DNA from: Marsupella aquatica
Lineage: Eukaryota > Plantae > Marchantiophyta
Assembly (NCBI GenBank): GCA_973895155.1
Contig: OZ316896.1
Coordinates: 16,790,754 to 16,854,753 of the forward strand
DNA length: 64,000 nt
Reading direction: 5' to 3'
The position numbers and the translations under genes were made by a program. This document shows positions 13,680 to 25,700 of this stretch, piece by piece. Position 1 is the stretch's first letter. The number at the start of each line of letters is the position of its first letter. A model generated the notes under the pieces. It was given only the letters and a program-made list of their open reading frames with translations. It made no database searches and was not told where the DNA came from.

Positions 13680-14215
13680 AATTGCGGTTTTTCGATCCCC
13701 ACACTGAAGAAGTGGAACCCAATTAATTTTGTCTATTGGAGGACGAAATTCTCCTCAGACAGCGGGGAATTGCGGTTTCGGGTCTTTTACACGAACCCTC
13801 ATCGGTCAATTTGGTCGATCAGTCACAATCGTGGAGCGCGAAGAACGCGAAGAAGTGGAGCCGATTTTTTGTCAATTGGAAGGAGAAATTGTACTCTGCA
13901 GAAAGGCCGGCAGGAATCGGGGATTCGGGTCTTGTAGACGAAACCTGATCGGTCGCTCGACCAAACGTGGAGTTCGCGATCCAAAGACACAAGAATCGGA
14001 GCTCATTTGGTCAATTTACTGGAAAGACGGAGTTCTGCTGCTTCTCACGGGCCGGCAGGGTTTCTTGGAGTTTCGGGTCTTGTAGACGAGTCTGACGGAT
14101 CGATCGACCAAACGTGGAGTGCGGGATCGATCGACAGAAGAAGTGGAGCTGATCGGTGAATTGGAAGGCGACATTACGTTCTTGCAGAGAATCAGGGATC
14201 GGGATTTCGGTCGCA
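13680..14215. repeat. Diverged ~145-bp tandem repeat (about 4 units) directly upstream of the 14257 gene
   Basis: A GAAGAAGTGGA-like anchor occurs at 13706, 13849, 13990 and 14137. TTCGGGTCTT occurs at 13777, 13924 and 14072. Confidence 0.8.
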
Positions 14216-14256
14216 GGAGCACAGATTAGCGGACTGGGTGAGAAAGAACGAACGAA

Positions 14257-15522
14257 ATGGCAAATAATCATCCCTACGCTGGAGGACTAAACCTGGACAG
14301 CATCTACGGGAGGAAGAAACCATCTGAGGCCCCGACGCAAGCATCAGCAGGACCATATGTCGATGAGTCTTCATCAGCCGGCCCTTATGGTGGCTCTCAA
14401 TACGCTTCCCCTTACTCGAAACCAGCAGCCAAGCCAACAACGGAGGGCTACTCTCAGTCGACTGGACCGCCGGCAGCTGCTGCACCTGCCTATGGAAGGC
14501 CGTCGTCTGAATATGGTGAGCAGGATGCAACATATGGTGAGCAGGATGCAAGTGACGGAGGAGGGTATGCCTCCCGCCCGGGTCCACCTGCCCATGGAAG
14601 GCCGTCGTCTGGATATGGTGAGGAGAATGCAATTGACGGAGGAGGGTATGCGTCCCGCCCAGGTCCACCTGCCCATGGAAGGCCGTCGTCTGGATATGGT
14701 GAGGAGAATGCGGTTGACGGAGGAGGGTATGCCTCCCGCCCCGGTCCACCTGCCCATGGAAGGCCGTCGTCTGGATATGGTGAGGAGAATGCGGTTGACG
14801 GAGGAGGGTATGCATCCCGCCCCGGTCCACCTGCCTATGGAAGGCCGTCGTCTGGATATGGTGAGGAGGATGCGGTTGACGGAGGAGGGTATGCCTCCCG
14901 CCCCGGTTATGGACGACAGCCCGACCACGGAGGGCAGCATGAGACTAGCGACTACGGGCGGAAGCCTGGCTATGGAGGAGAGTATGAGACAGAGGGGCAT
15001 TCCACCGGAGGAGGTGGCTATGGGAGGAAACCTGCCGCTGCTGCTTATGGGGAGAGTGACAATTTTGCGACGCGGCCTCATCCTCAGTATGAAAGTGAGT
15101 ACGCTTCAGGAGAGGGCGGCAGACGGCCTCAGGGGCGTCTGGAGAGCGAGTATTCTGAGTACGGAGCTCCTAGACCGACCGGGTATGGATCAGAAGAGCA
15201 ATTCAAGTATGGGCACCAAGAGGAGGAGCATAGAAAGCCCCATTATTCTGCTCCTCCTGGGGATGATTTCGAAGATGGCGGCCCTCGACCGACGAGTTAT
15301 GGCCGACCGGGGGGATATGGACGACCTGACGAGGATGGTCGGCTAGAGTCCCAAACGGCTGGCCTCTCTCTGGGGAGTGACAGACATGGTACTAGAAGAA
15401 CTGAGGAATATAGACCAAAACGTGATGATAGCGATGACAGTGACGACGAGGAGAAGCGTCACAACAAGTATAAGGAAAAGCACGGGCATCACCACAAGAA
15501 ATATGACGATGAGGACTACTAG
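14257..15522 (+). CDS. Intronless Gly/Tyr/Pro-rich disordered protein, At5g39570 (PLDrp1)/pro-resilin-like, 421 aa
   Basis: The N-terminal PYAGGLNLDSIYGRKKPSE resembles the family motif PYxGGYDIxxxYGRPxPPS. It has YGRKP repeats and an acidic/His-rich C-terminus (DDSDDEEKRHNKYKEKHGHHHKKYDDEDY). Confidence 0.85.
   Translation: MANNHPYAGGLNLDSIYGRKKPSEAPTQASAGPYVDESSSAGPYGGSQYASPYSKPAAKPTTEGYSQSTGPPAAAAPAYGRPSSEYGEQDATYGEQDASDGGGYASRPGPPAHGRPSSGYGEENAIDGGGYASRPGPPAHGRPSSGYGEENAVDGGGYASRPGPPAHGRPSSGYGEENAVDGGGYASRPGPPAYGRPSSGYGEEDAVDGGGYASRPGYGRQPDHGGQHETSDYGRKPGYGGEYETEGHSTGGGGYGRKPAAAAYGESDNFATRPHPQYESEYASGEGGRRPQGRLESEYSEYGAPRPTGYGSEEQFKYGHQEEEHRKPHYSAPPGDDFEDGGPRPTSYGRPGGYGRPDEDGRLESQTAGLSLGSDRHGTRRTEEYRPKRDDSDDSDDEEKRHNKYKEKHGHHHKKYDDEDY
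14554..14906 (+). repeat. 81-bp (27-aa) coding tandem repeat, 4 full units plus partial copies
   Basis: GACGGAGGAGGGTATGC occurs at 14554, 14635, 14716, 14797 and 14878. The unit reads DGGGYASRPGPPAHGRPSSGYGEENAV. Confidence 0.97.
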
Positions 15523-16736
15523 GGTGAGCATTGCCGCTAATGATTCTGTTTGTTTACGGCAATCCTGTCAATGTCTTAGATACCATGAAGCGTGAATTTG
15601 GATCCCTTGCAATTAAACAATTCTGGAATGCAATTGAACAATTCTACGATGGGTCTTGGATACGATACCATGAAGCGTGAATTTGGATCCCTTGCAATTG
15701 AACTCTACGATGCCCTCTATAATATGGAGAATGTCTTCTTACCGCCATAGCGCTGTTCTGTTTTTGGAGATGATTTTGGAGCTGCTTGATTGATGTCATT
15801 ACGGTAGTGCAGTTTCTCAGCTACCAAACCTCCCCTTGCTTGCAGCTGTCCAGAACGGGACTGTGATCGTCCTTGTTTTTCTTGCCAGGGATTGAACTGG
15901 ATCCAGATGGCGTGCTGAAAAGAACCAAACTGAGATCGGTGAATTCGACGGGGTGAGAGTTTGTGGATCGCGCATGCTGGCTGGGGAAATGTTGAAATTG
16001 GTATCGACAAAGTCTCGGAGCGTTTGTTAGCAGTTGAGGCATTTGAGAGCGCAATAGTTTGATATGGGGAAGGGCCACGCGACTCACGAGGGTCAGCGGA
16101 GAGAAACGAGAGCTGGGTATTCAAATGGGCGTCCGGGAAAGTTGACGAGGTTCTAGTCTGCAGGCAGAGCATTCGTGAGGGGTGCAGCCAGACTTTTGGA
16201 AAGCAAGAGTTCACCTACCGAAAAACCTAATTGCGAATGTCTCCATTTACCGTGTCAAGTCTATGCAAAGTTTAAGGTCAAATACTCTTTTAATTCAGAC
16301 AGCATCACAAGAACGCTTATTTGTTACAGTTATCCATGTTTGCTCATGGTTGGTTTCAGAATACAAGATTATCATACACGCATATTTGAAGATTTCATGC
16401 ATGAAGGTGGAGCACATCTTTTCGAGCTATAGACGATAGATGGGAAGCCATTGTATTCTAGAACATAGACTTTAAGAACGGCCGGGAACAGGTAATGAGT
16501 AACACTTATCGAGCTTTAATTACATTTTGGGTACAATTTATCAACGTTAGACTTTTCGTAGACCGCTTGAATCTGCTTTTCGCAGCTTTGATCGTTAAAA
16601 AGAGGTCTGGTAGACCGGAAGATCCAGCCAATCTTTAAGTTGAGACAATCAATATCAGACGCTTTCTACACAAGTAGATGCGGCCGTTTGGGTCGCTTGT
16701 AGGTTGCTTCGTACTTGCTTCAGTAATTTACCAAAG

Positions 16737-19700
16737 CTATGAAAAAAGAATCTCGAATTCGGTAAGCCTTAAATTCTGCTTATCAGTTCGAATGCATCCA
16801 GCCATATCTGCCACTCCAATCTTCCCCGTCTTGGTAGGCCTGCATCAAAGTCGCAGAAGTGTCAACTTTTTCTGCCATCCCAATCGCAATTTCTCCAGTA
16901 TGCAAATCAAGAAATGCATTCATTCACCAGGTCTCAGGCTGGGACTCACAAGCTTAAAATTAGAGGCCAACATTGTAAAGAAGATTTACACAAATAAAAG
17001 CGACCAGTTCCTTGACTTGTCTTAGAAAAGAAGTAATTTCGTTATCTTGGTCAGGCTCACTGTTGAGAGCTCAACTTCAATGCAGAGGCATAATGCTATT
17101 ATAAATTACAACGTCAGATCACTAGAGACCACAATGCCCTCTTGGCATTGCCTCCCTAACGCCAACTATTGAAATCACGAGAATGATATTGCCAACACCC
17201 AAATCCATTGCTTGAGCCAATTGCGTATGAATTAGTATGCAAGCATGTATTATAGGGACATTGGATAAAACCCACACACCAATACTAAAGTGCAAAACTT
17301 GATGACCCCTGACCAGAAGATTATATTGGGATACGTCGTTGGTTGTAACAATAACCTCGTGAACTTATAATCATTCGCACAGGACTTGAGGTTGAACTTT
17401 AAAAATCACCTGGCTGATGATTCTGAACCTGTCGAGTGAGATGTAGTATGCAGGGGAGAACGACTTCGAAGGAGCTTAAGGATGTTAGCTTCAACTGAGT
17501 TTTCAACATAAAGCCTGCAAATATGCATTTAGACAAGGTTCATAAGGGTAAGTCTATCCTCCTCACTCTATATGGCTGCCAGGAAGTTGACAGAATTCAT
17601 TCAATAACTTTCTCTTGTGGTAATTAAGGTCTTCTCTCTTCTGGTTAGTACATGCAGAACATCCCGTTCCAATCATGAGATTTCCCTGTCATCCCACGGG
17701 GCTCATCTCACTTCATCGCTAAACTCATTTCAACCTAACCTTGGATGTAGATAGACTTGTCCCTATCTAACAGATTTGAAGTTTCTACAGAAGGAGCTTA
17801 ATTGACAGCAGCATCTACGGTCTTCTAACCAAATAATTGGTGCAAACTATAACTGGAGAGACCAGCCACAGAACTCCTTTTATTCTTTATTCCTACCATC
17901 CACATTTACATAACATCTTCATTATCTCCAGGACATCAAGAGATTTCCAAATATTTAGAAAAAGGCTGGAGTTATGTGAAAACTCAGGTAAGATCTCGGA
18001 TTAAAACATTTTTTTTCAATTGAATACTTTGTTCAGATTTGGTCAGGAACAGGTATACTTTCTTTGTAAGGACGGAGTGCTTAACTATCTGCGGAAAAGC
18101 ACAAATGAATGTCAAAGATATCGAAGCAAAAACCTTTTAATAACAACAGGCCTTTCCTGCCCCATTCGCCAGCAGCGACCCACAGCTTGCTCCTCGAGCT
18201 ATTGCATCAAAGACAAAGGAAACCTGGCGTCAGTATTCATGCATCCATTTAAGGCCTGGCCATGCTAACTTGGAGTAGGGATCCAGAGTAAGGTATAAAT
18301 CAATTCATCCTGAACTCTGAACATCTCCAAAGGCAGCTACACTAGAGTAGGAATCCAGGGGATTGTATATATTCAAGCCATCCTAAACGCTGAACGCCCC
18401 CAATTGGCACGAAGACCAGACAGTACACCATGGCCAACAGTGACAGGTTTCAGAACAGAGAGCGAGTTCAGTATACTGAAAAATTGGGAACATTCGCTTA
18501 AACAGAGTACATGTTAATTCAGACTTTGTTCTTCCCTGTGATATTCTGTATAATTATGGCTACATGACCCTTGTCCTTGGAGTAACGGAACTTCTCTACA
18601 GACCTTGAAAGGAGGACCTTGAATGTTAATTTTTGGGTGGCGATACAAAATAATTTCCTAAGCAATGCAGGGAAAGGCTTTGAAAACATACCGCTGGGTT
18701 GAGACAAGGCTCCAGCTGATAAAGAGCAAGCGATAAGATTGGGCACCCAAAAGAACAGTGTCAGGTCATACGCTCTGAGATTAAAATCTCAAGCGCTAAG
18801 AATGAAGGGTCATATTAACCAGAATACAGGTGAATTTTACAGAAGAGATGTTCCATCCACACATTCAAAGAAATTGCTCGTTGGCCCGCACAAATCAAAA
18901 GAGTACTATCTTAAAGGCTCCGACTGCATACCATATACACATGAGATGCAGCTGTCAACGTAATGCCTACGGCTCCAGTTCGAATTGACAACAGAAAGAC
19001 TGTTGTAGGTGGATCCTGTACCAAATTATCAGGTATTTATAAGCTGTTTTGCAAGTCGCATCAGCCAACAAAGTGAGCCATGAGTACAATAGTGTCAAGA
19101 GAGCAGACTTCCGATGTTTCATCACTTGAAATGATACAGAACTCTGGAAGGCTGTAACTTTTGAATCCAATTAAACAATTTCACCTCTCAATAGCATTGG
19201 AACCTGCCTAAAGGATAGACGGGACAATGTACCTTTTGAAAGGCTTCAATAGCTTGTGCACGTTTTTTCATTGGCATATCACCACTGATAAATCGATAGT
19301 TAATATTTTGTCTTTTAAATTCTGTCTTCAGCCATGCTATGGTTTGCATAAACTGGCTAAATATCAGCACCTGCAAACAATAGCCTTAATGTGAGGTTTA
19401 AACGCATATGAACATGACACAAACTTGCTATTAGGCATATTTAAGTTGCAAGATTCGTTCAGAACTGAAACAATTTGAATACAGGATAGAACAGAGAAAG
19501 GCTACCAGTTGTACAGACCTTGGCCTGCGGGTCCTCTTCTCTGACCTTATCTAGGTCCCTTAGCAAAGTCCTCAACTTCGAATTCATTTGCACCCCCTTA
19601 ATAATTTGACTTTGATCTTCAGTAAGGTTCCCGGTGGATACAGCAGTTGGATCAAGAAGTGCTGTCGTCAAGCCTCCCTTGAGCTTGGGTTGAAAAGTTA

Positions 19701-22700
19701 TCAACTGACTAGCTGTCAATAAGCTTCGACAGATGGGACACAAGCCCTGTGATCCTATCCCTACGGTCGACATCACGCACTCACAGCAATACCTGCATAC
19801 ATGAGGTTATGTTAGGACTTATACCATGGTCCAACACATAAATCTAAACTAAATAATCTGAGGAAAGTGGTATGTTTCCTTTCGAGTGCAATCTTATTTA
19901 GGATTTCTGCTTTTGGTAGTACTGATCCTGGTTGCATGTCCTCAGAGTTGGCTTCAGCCGACCTTTCAGATCACCTAGGGCCAGCCATAAAGTCTCAGTT
20001 GAGCTGTGCCATTCTGATCCGATCTCTTACACGGATTCTAACTATTTGTGGTCTACTGCACCTTCCACTCCATATGGATATTTCTTACGGTGGAGCTCAC
20101 AAACGAGCCCATGGCTCAGACGGCTCTTACCACAAATTACCGAGATGAGCGGACGCATAATTACAATAGTTGTAGTGTCCCTGAGTGAAGGATCATATGC
20201 GGGGTACCCACTAAATCCTTCCCGCACTCGCTATGTAGGGATTGCGGCGACATTTCATGGAGAGAGAAGGCCAGTTCGTCTATCTATACAAAACTTAGAT
20301 AACTAAAAAATTCAAAGAGAGCCATGCAGCCACTAACCAGTGTCCACAGGGTGTCTTTGTGGGGCACTCCATCAAATCAAAGCAGATCCCACACTCCCCA
20401 TGCACATCATCAAGTCCATCTGCCTCGTCTGCTGATGAGACTGGGATATTATTGTGAGCGATACCTGCAGCTCCTTCAGAAGACTGTTCACTTTTGCTCA
20501 TATTGAGATCAAGATTGGAGATGAATCCACCACTGCAAAGTCTGCAAGACGCACGGAATGACGTGAATTGTGGCTAATCCTGAATTGATCCACCATTATC
20601 TATGATGTGCAGTGGATTGATGATCCATTTTCCGAGAATGGCATCGATTCTAGTCCATCATGTCCACCAACAAAAGCATTGCTAACCCTCAATGGGGCAT
20701 TGGATGGAATACACCGTCGCTGATTGGTATTTACTCGTTGCAAATTGGACATCACGCAATTATTATCAGGTGATGTTTAAGCGCATTAATGAGATTGAGA
20801 CCCATATAAGAATCTGAAAACGATAAGTTGGAGAACGACCACAAAGGCACAAGATCATAGTTCTCTTCGTTTGTGCCAGTAAGCAAGAACATTCAGCGAT
20901 TGAGCATCTTTCATTGTTAAGCCTTGCTTGCAATGTGGCTAAAAGCAAAGGGCATACCTCCTGAGAGGTAGGAGGAGTGACATGATTTGGAGGATATTCT
21001 TGCTCACGACCGTTGGGCCCCAGCAACGAAATTGCTCAAACTTTGAGATGACTCTATGGTAGACAGCCATGTAGACACTGCGTTCTTCAGAGGTGAAGAA
21101 CACTGGAATGTCTTGCTCACTTTTGGGAGGAAGCCTTAGAAGCTCCCTTCCATTCAACTTTTGTTGCTTTGTATGTCGTATCATCATCTAGTATAGTGCC
21201 CACTAACCCAACTTTAGCATACAGCTTTAACTTGGTGCTCTCTGAAACAATGACTGTTTAATTGTGTATGTACACTCCTACTATTTGAACTCTAGAGAAT
21301 CACGATGTCCTGCAAACCGACTCTATTTTAGTTGAAACCTTGTCAGAGGTGCGTTATTTATCCTATTTGACACGCAACATGAGTCCAGTGAATTGTTTTA
21401 CAGTAATTTCGGTGAACATATTTTGTAATCAGTCCCACCTTACTGAGTGTCCACAGAAGCACTGTCTGATCATCACTCTTGCACTGCCGTTCATAAGGTC
21501 GACCAATTCTTCTCCGAAATACGCTCTTATTATCAAGAGGTTCCAGCTTCAGAAAAAGAAACTGCACCAGAGAAGGTTGAGCGGTCCTTATTTTAGTTTT
21601 CAGTTTTGAATCATTCCAAAGGGCCTTCTCCTTCGAAAATGGAAATTTAAGAGGGTCAACAATGTAACGGGCTCTTCCACAGCTCTCCTCGTGCCCATTT
21701 AAAGGCCTCAAGCTTACGACCTTTTTAATTAATCATTTTCTTAGCCATATATTCTTAAATAACCGTGGCCAGACTATGGAAGTGAACTAAAGAAATTTGG
21801 TCTGTACATATACTCTGTGAACGTAGAGGCCTTATCAAGGTGTCAGACAAGCGCACCTGACCATAAAGATCATAAATGCTAGTGTTGATAGGAGTCCCTG
21901 TACAGCACCAGCGCCTCTCAGCTTTAAGTTTAGCACATGCTCGAGAATGTAATGGAGCTGGATCCTTGACCTGTTTAACAACAAAGTTACATTTCTTGTT
22001 GTCAAACGCTGCGAATGCTCAACACAGCATCTTGTAAAGATATCAATTGTCGATGTGGGATTAAAACCAAATCATAGTAAGACCACTTGCACCTCAAAGT
22101 CCACACCACAAAGGGACATAAGAAGGCAGTTCGTAAAGATCAAGAGCAAAATGTATTTCTCCTCCCAAAATGAGTTGCAGGTAACTTTGAAATCCTGAAA
22201 CAGCTGCACAATATGCTTGTCGTAATATGTAGTTCTGTTAGTATACTGTTCTGTCTGCTGAATTACTTTGTGCGTAAACCTGACAAAGTATTGAATAGCC
22301 CAGGAATGCACCATTATACTGGTTGAAATATCCAAATTCACTTACCGTGTGTGATTCATCTAGAACCACCCGCCACCAATTAACTGTCAGAAGAGGACAA
22401 AACTGTTCTGCAAAGCTGGAGCCATGTCTGGTTGCTTGAGTAGCCTTGCTGAAGTCACTTCCTAAAGTGGCATACGTCGTGATGACCTGCAACCAGATTT
22501 GGTCAGATGGAAGGCAAGAACAGTAGGCTCCCTTTCTTTGTCTGGCAGTGCCCGGCCCTTTTTCTATAAAACAGAAAAATGGACCTACCGGCCTCTACCG
22601 CGGGTCCCGGCCGATAAATAAGTGCGCGGGAATCAAATCAATCCACGAGCCATTTCCGGCCTTCCCATATAAGGAATGCAATTCCAAAACGAGATATGAA

Positions 22701-25700
22701 TCTGCTTATGAGTTGTTTTATGCCAATTCGATCCATAACTTTATTATTGTTATGGATCTCCCTCTGTTTGCCATTGAGTTTGCCAATCTAATTCATCATA
22801 ACATTCGTAATGATCTACTTTCCGAAGATCCCATAACTAAACCTCAAGATATTTTAACAGCTGTCGATTATTTAATAAAATTAAAGTTTGGAGTAGGTAG
22901 ACTTGATGATATCGATCATCTAAAAAACCGACGTGTTTGTTCAGTAGCAGATTTGTTACAAGATCAATTTAGATTGGGATTAAATCGTTTAGAAAATTCG
23001 ATTAAGTTGACACGTGGAATAAAACAAACAGCACCTCCCATTCGACAGACTGTTGGATTGGTCAGCTCCTTGCAACTGGAAATAAAACATCATGTCAACT
23101 TTAAGTAGAAATAGGTAGAGAAATGTCTTCATACTATGTCATATTTGGCGAGTTTCTTTGGATCCCGGATCCTGCAAGACAAACCAAAAGACACTCGTTA
23201 TTAAAACTAAATAAACGAGGCCCTAGGGAAGAGCGCTAGATATGCAACATCTTACGCGTCTGTCCAGTAAAAATTCACTTGCAAAGTGCCTTTCATAACT
23301 TGACAAGTCGTCAAAAACAAAGAGTGGATTCGCCAATGTTCAATGAATCTTGATGGAGGACCGTCCACAGAGAGGAAGAAGATTACCTTTTGGAACCATG
23401 GTACATGTATATGCTCAGATTTGCTGCCAGCTTGCTCTTCACCTCGTTAGCCCATTGCCCAACAATCGAAACCGGGCACACAACTACAACCAGTCCAACC
23501 GTAGTCTAAGAGTGAGCAGCACTAGCAAGAACAACATACCACGTGGCTGTTGAACAAGTTTCACAGATTTTCCACAAAGTTCACGTAACTTCATGACCCT
23601 TCCCGGATGAAACTTGATCCTCATAGTGTGATAAGAACTTCGTGGATAAGTTCAATTGCTGACAAGGGTCTAGACACCAGCGCAGGTCTCATAGTAGGGA
23701 TACAGTATTGTATAGAATTGAATGGACCTTGAAGTCCACGGATCCCTAAATCAAGGAGTGCTCATTTTAAACATTAGATCAAAATGCCAACCAAGTAGAG
23801 AGCACCAACTCACGTTCCATAGAAACAGTAAAGCTGAAGCACGATATTTTCGGATTTGATACGCGGATTGAAGAGAAGTGCGGACTTGTTACAATGCAGA
23901 TTTCGGCGTGGAATGCTGTAGAGAATCTATTTGTGAGCGAAGGGGGTCTTTATTTGCTAAACTGTTACAATGGAGTATGTGCAGCAGATGTCAAATATCC
24001 AATCAGTCAGAGCGATACCTACCAAGAGTGCCCTTAGAAGACCCAGCAGGACATTTGTCCAGGGGACAAGGATTTGCAAGGATGAGTGCCAAAATCTGCA
24101 GGCAAGAATTAACTCTTAGTGTATAGTTACAATGAAAGTACGCAACCAGAATGAAACTGAGATTGTGATAGGATACTTGACCGCGTCATAGCAGTGACAA
24201 GACTGTAGCTTTAGATAAGGTCGAGCAAGTTAAACTCACCTCAATCGTTTTCCCGAGTCCCATTTCTTCGCAAAGGAATCCCCCCCGAACGGTGCCAGCC
24301 TCTTTGGTTTCAATTAGGTGTCCAAGAGTGGATGAGTACATCAATGAGTGACCTGAAGCTGTTGTGGGTAGACGAGTATAGTTTATACTAAGAAGGCCTC
24401 CATCTCTATGCTCTGCATCAAGCATAAATTGGAGGGATTGCCTTTGGTAGGGTCTCAGAGGAACTGAGAGGCCAGTAGGTTGGGGTGCTTCACTATACGC
24501 ATTGCTCTCTAGATCCCTCAATAAGCCAGGAACGGAGGTCCAGTCATCACAAGTTTCTGCCCACTTACGCATTTCATCCACTTGTACTAAATAGCTCCGA
24601 AGTTCAACCTCTTCGGGAAAGACCTCTTTCAAGAGCTCTTTAAGAAAAAAAAGCTCCTCGCCTCTAGTTTTCTTAAGAAAAACTCGGATATTGGCAGTTC
24701 CCAGGTTTCTATTTTCAGGCTCTGGTTTGATTCCCATGATCACTTGCAGCTGGCCTTGTGCTTCGTTTATCCTGTTTTACAAGACATTGTATCAGTATTG
24801 GATGTAAGAATTCCTGTGTATTTTAAATTGGATTAATAGATAGGGCTACATCAGATCAAGATTCAAACCATATCAGAACCAAATATTTGTCAATAAATGC
24901 CAGGGATTACATCAATTCACAGAGTAGAGCCTGACGCTGTAGATATGTATTTCCATCTTCTACAAGTTCCACCAGCTCCAGTTCAGCTCCTTTGCCTTCT
25001 CCTACTGCAAGCAATAGACGGGTTTTTACTCAAAGAATGTATGTGCCGACTGTGATCAATATGCTCTCAGTACATGGTAAAAGTAAATTTGTTAACAATC
25101 AATCACGGCAGACCGTTGCCAACGGTCAGAATGACCTTATCTGGAAATTAGATCCAAGTTCATGAACTATACATCTTGGATTGAAGGCTGGTGGTACATT
25201 TGTCTGAATAACCGTGGCTATTTCAAGTAAGTCTGAAGTCTTCTTGACAGTCATTTAATATAACGATTCAAATCTGTTGCTGCCTGCGTTTCACAATTTT
25301 GTTCTTAGGTTAGCAGACAAGCCTCTGAATGTCGGTCAGTAGCTGATTCATCAAGCACTAGTTAGTCAAGCTCCTGTGGCTTACTGTTGTTTTTCGCGTG
25401 TGAGGGTAAGTTCAGGCCGGAACAGCTTCATTTCTCCACAAGCCTTTGTACTTACACTAAAGTGTTTTAAAGAAACGAGGAATTTGGCTGGAGATTCAGG
25501 CCTTGCATTTCTGATGCTGAGTAACATAGACCTCTAATCTGAACATGTATATGCTCATTGCAAGAAATAGAGGACCTATCCGGTCTTGTCGTTCCATCTG
25601 TATATGAAAGAACCCCTTCACTAAAATATAAATTGGATTATTGCAGCTAGCGTCAAGGGAGATCAGTATATTGTGTTTCTCGGTGGCTTTTGGAGTAGAT

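Noticed and set aside
14192-15346. Overlapping long ORFs in other frames and strands (329, 235 and 212 aa)
   Set aside because: They are by-products of the stop-poor 81-bp repeat. Only the 421-aa frame has family motifs.
15579-15702. ~35-bp duplication in the 3' UTR (similar short ones at 18273/18345 and 32029/32051)
   Set aside because: These are ordinary short local duplications with no evident function.
22548-23108. 186-aa + strand ORF as a nuclear rpoB gene
   Set aside because: It has a GTG start and lies antisense within an intron. Only 54 aa are RpoB; the rest reads through antisense ndhH and rpoC2 fragments.
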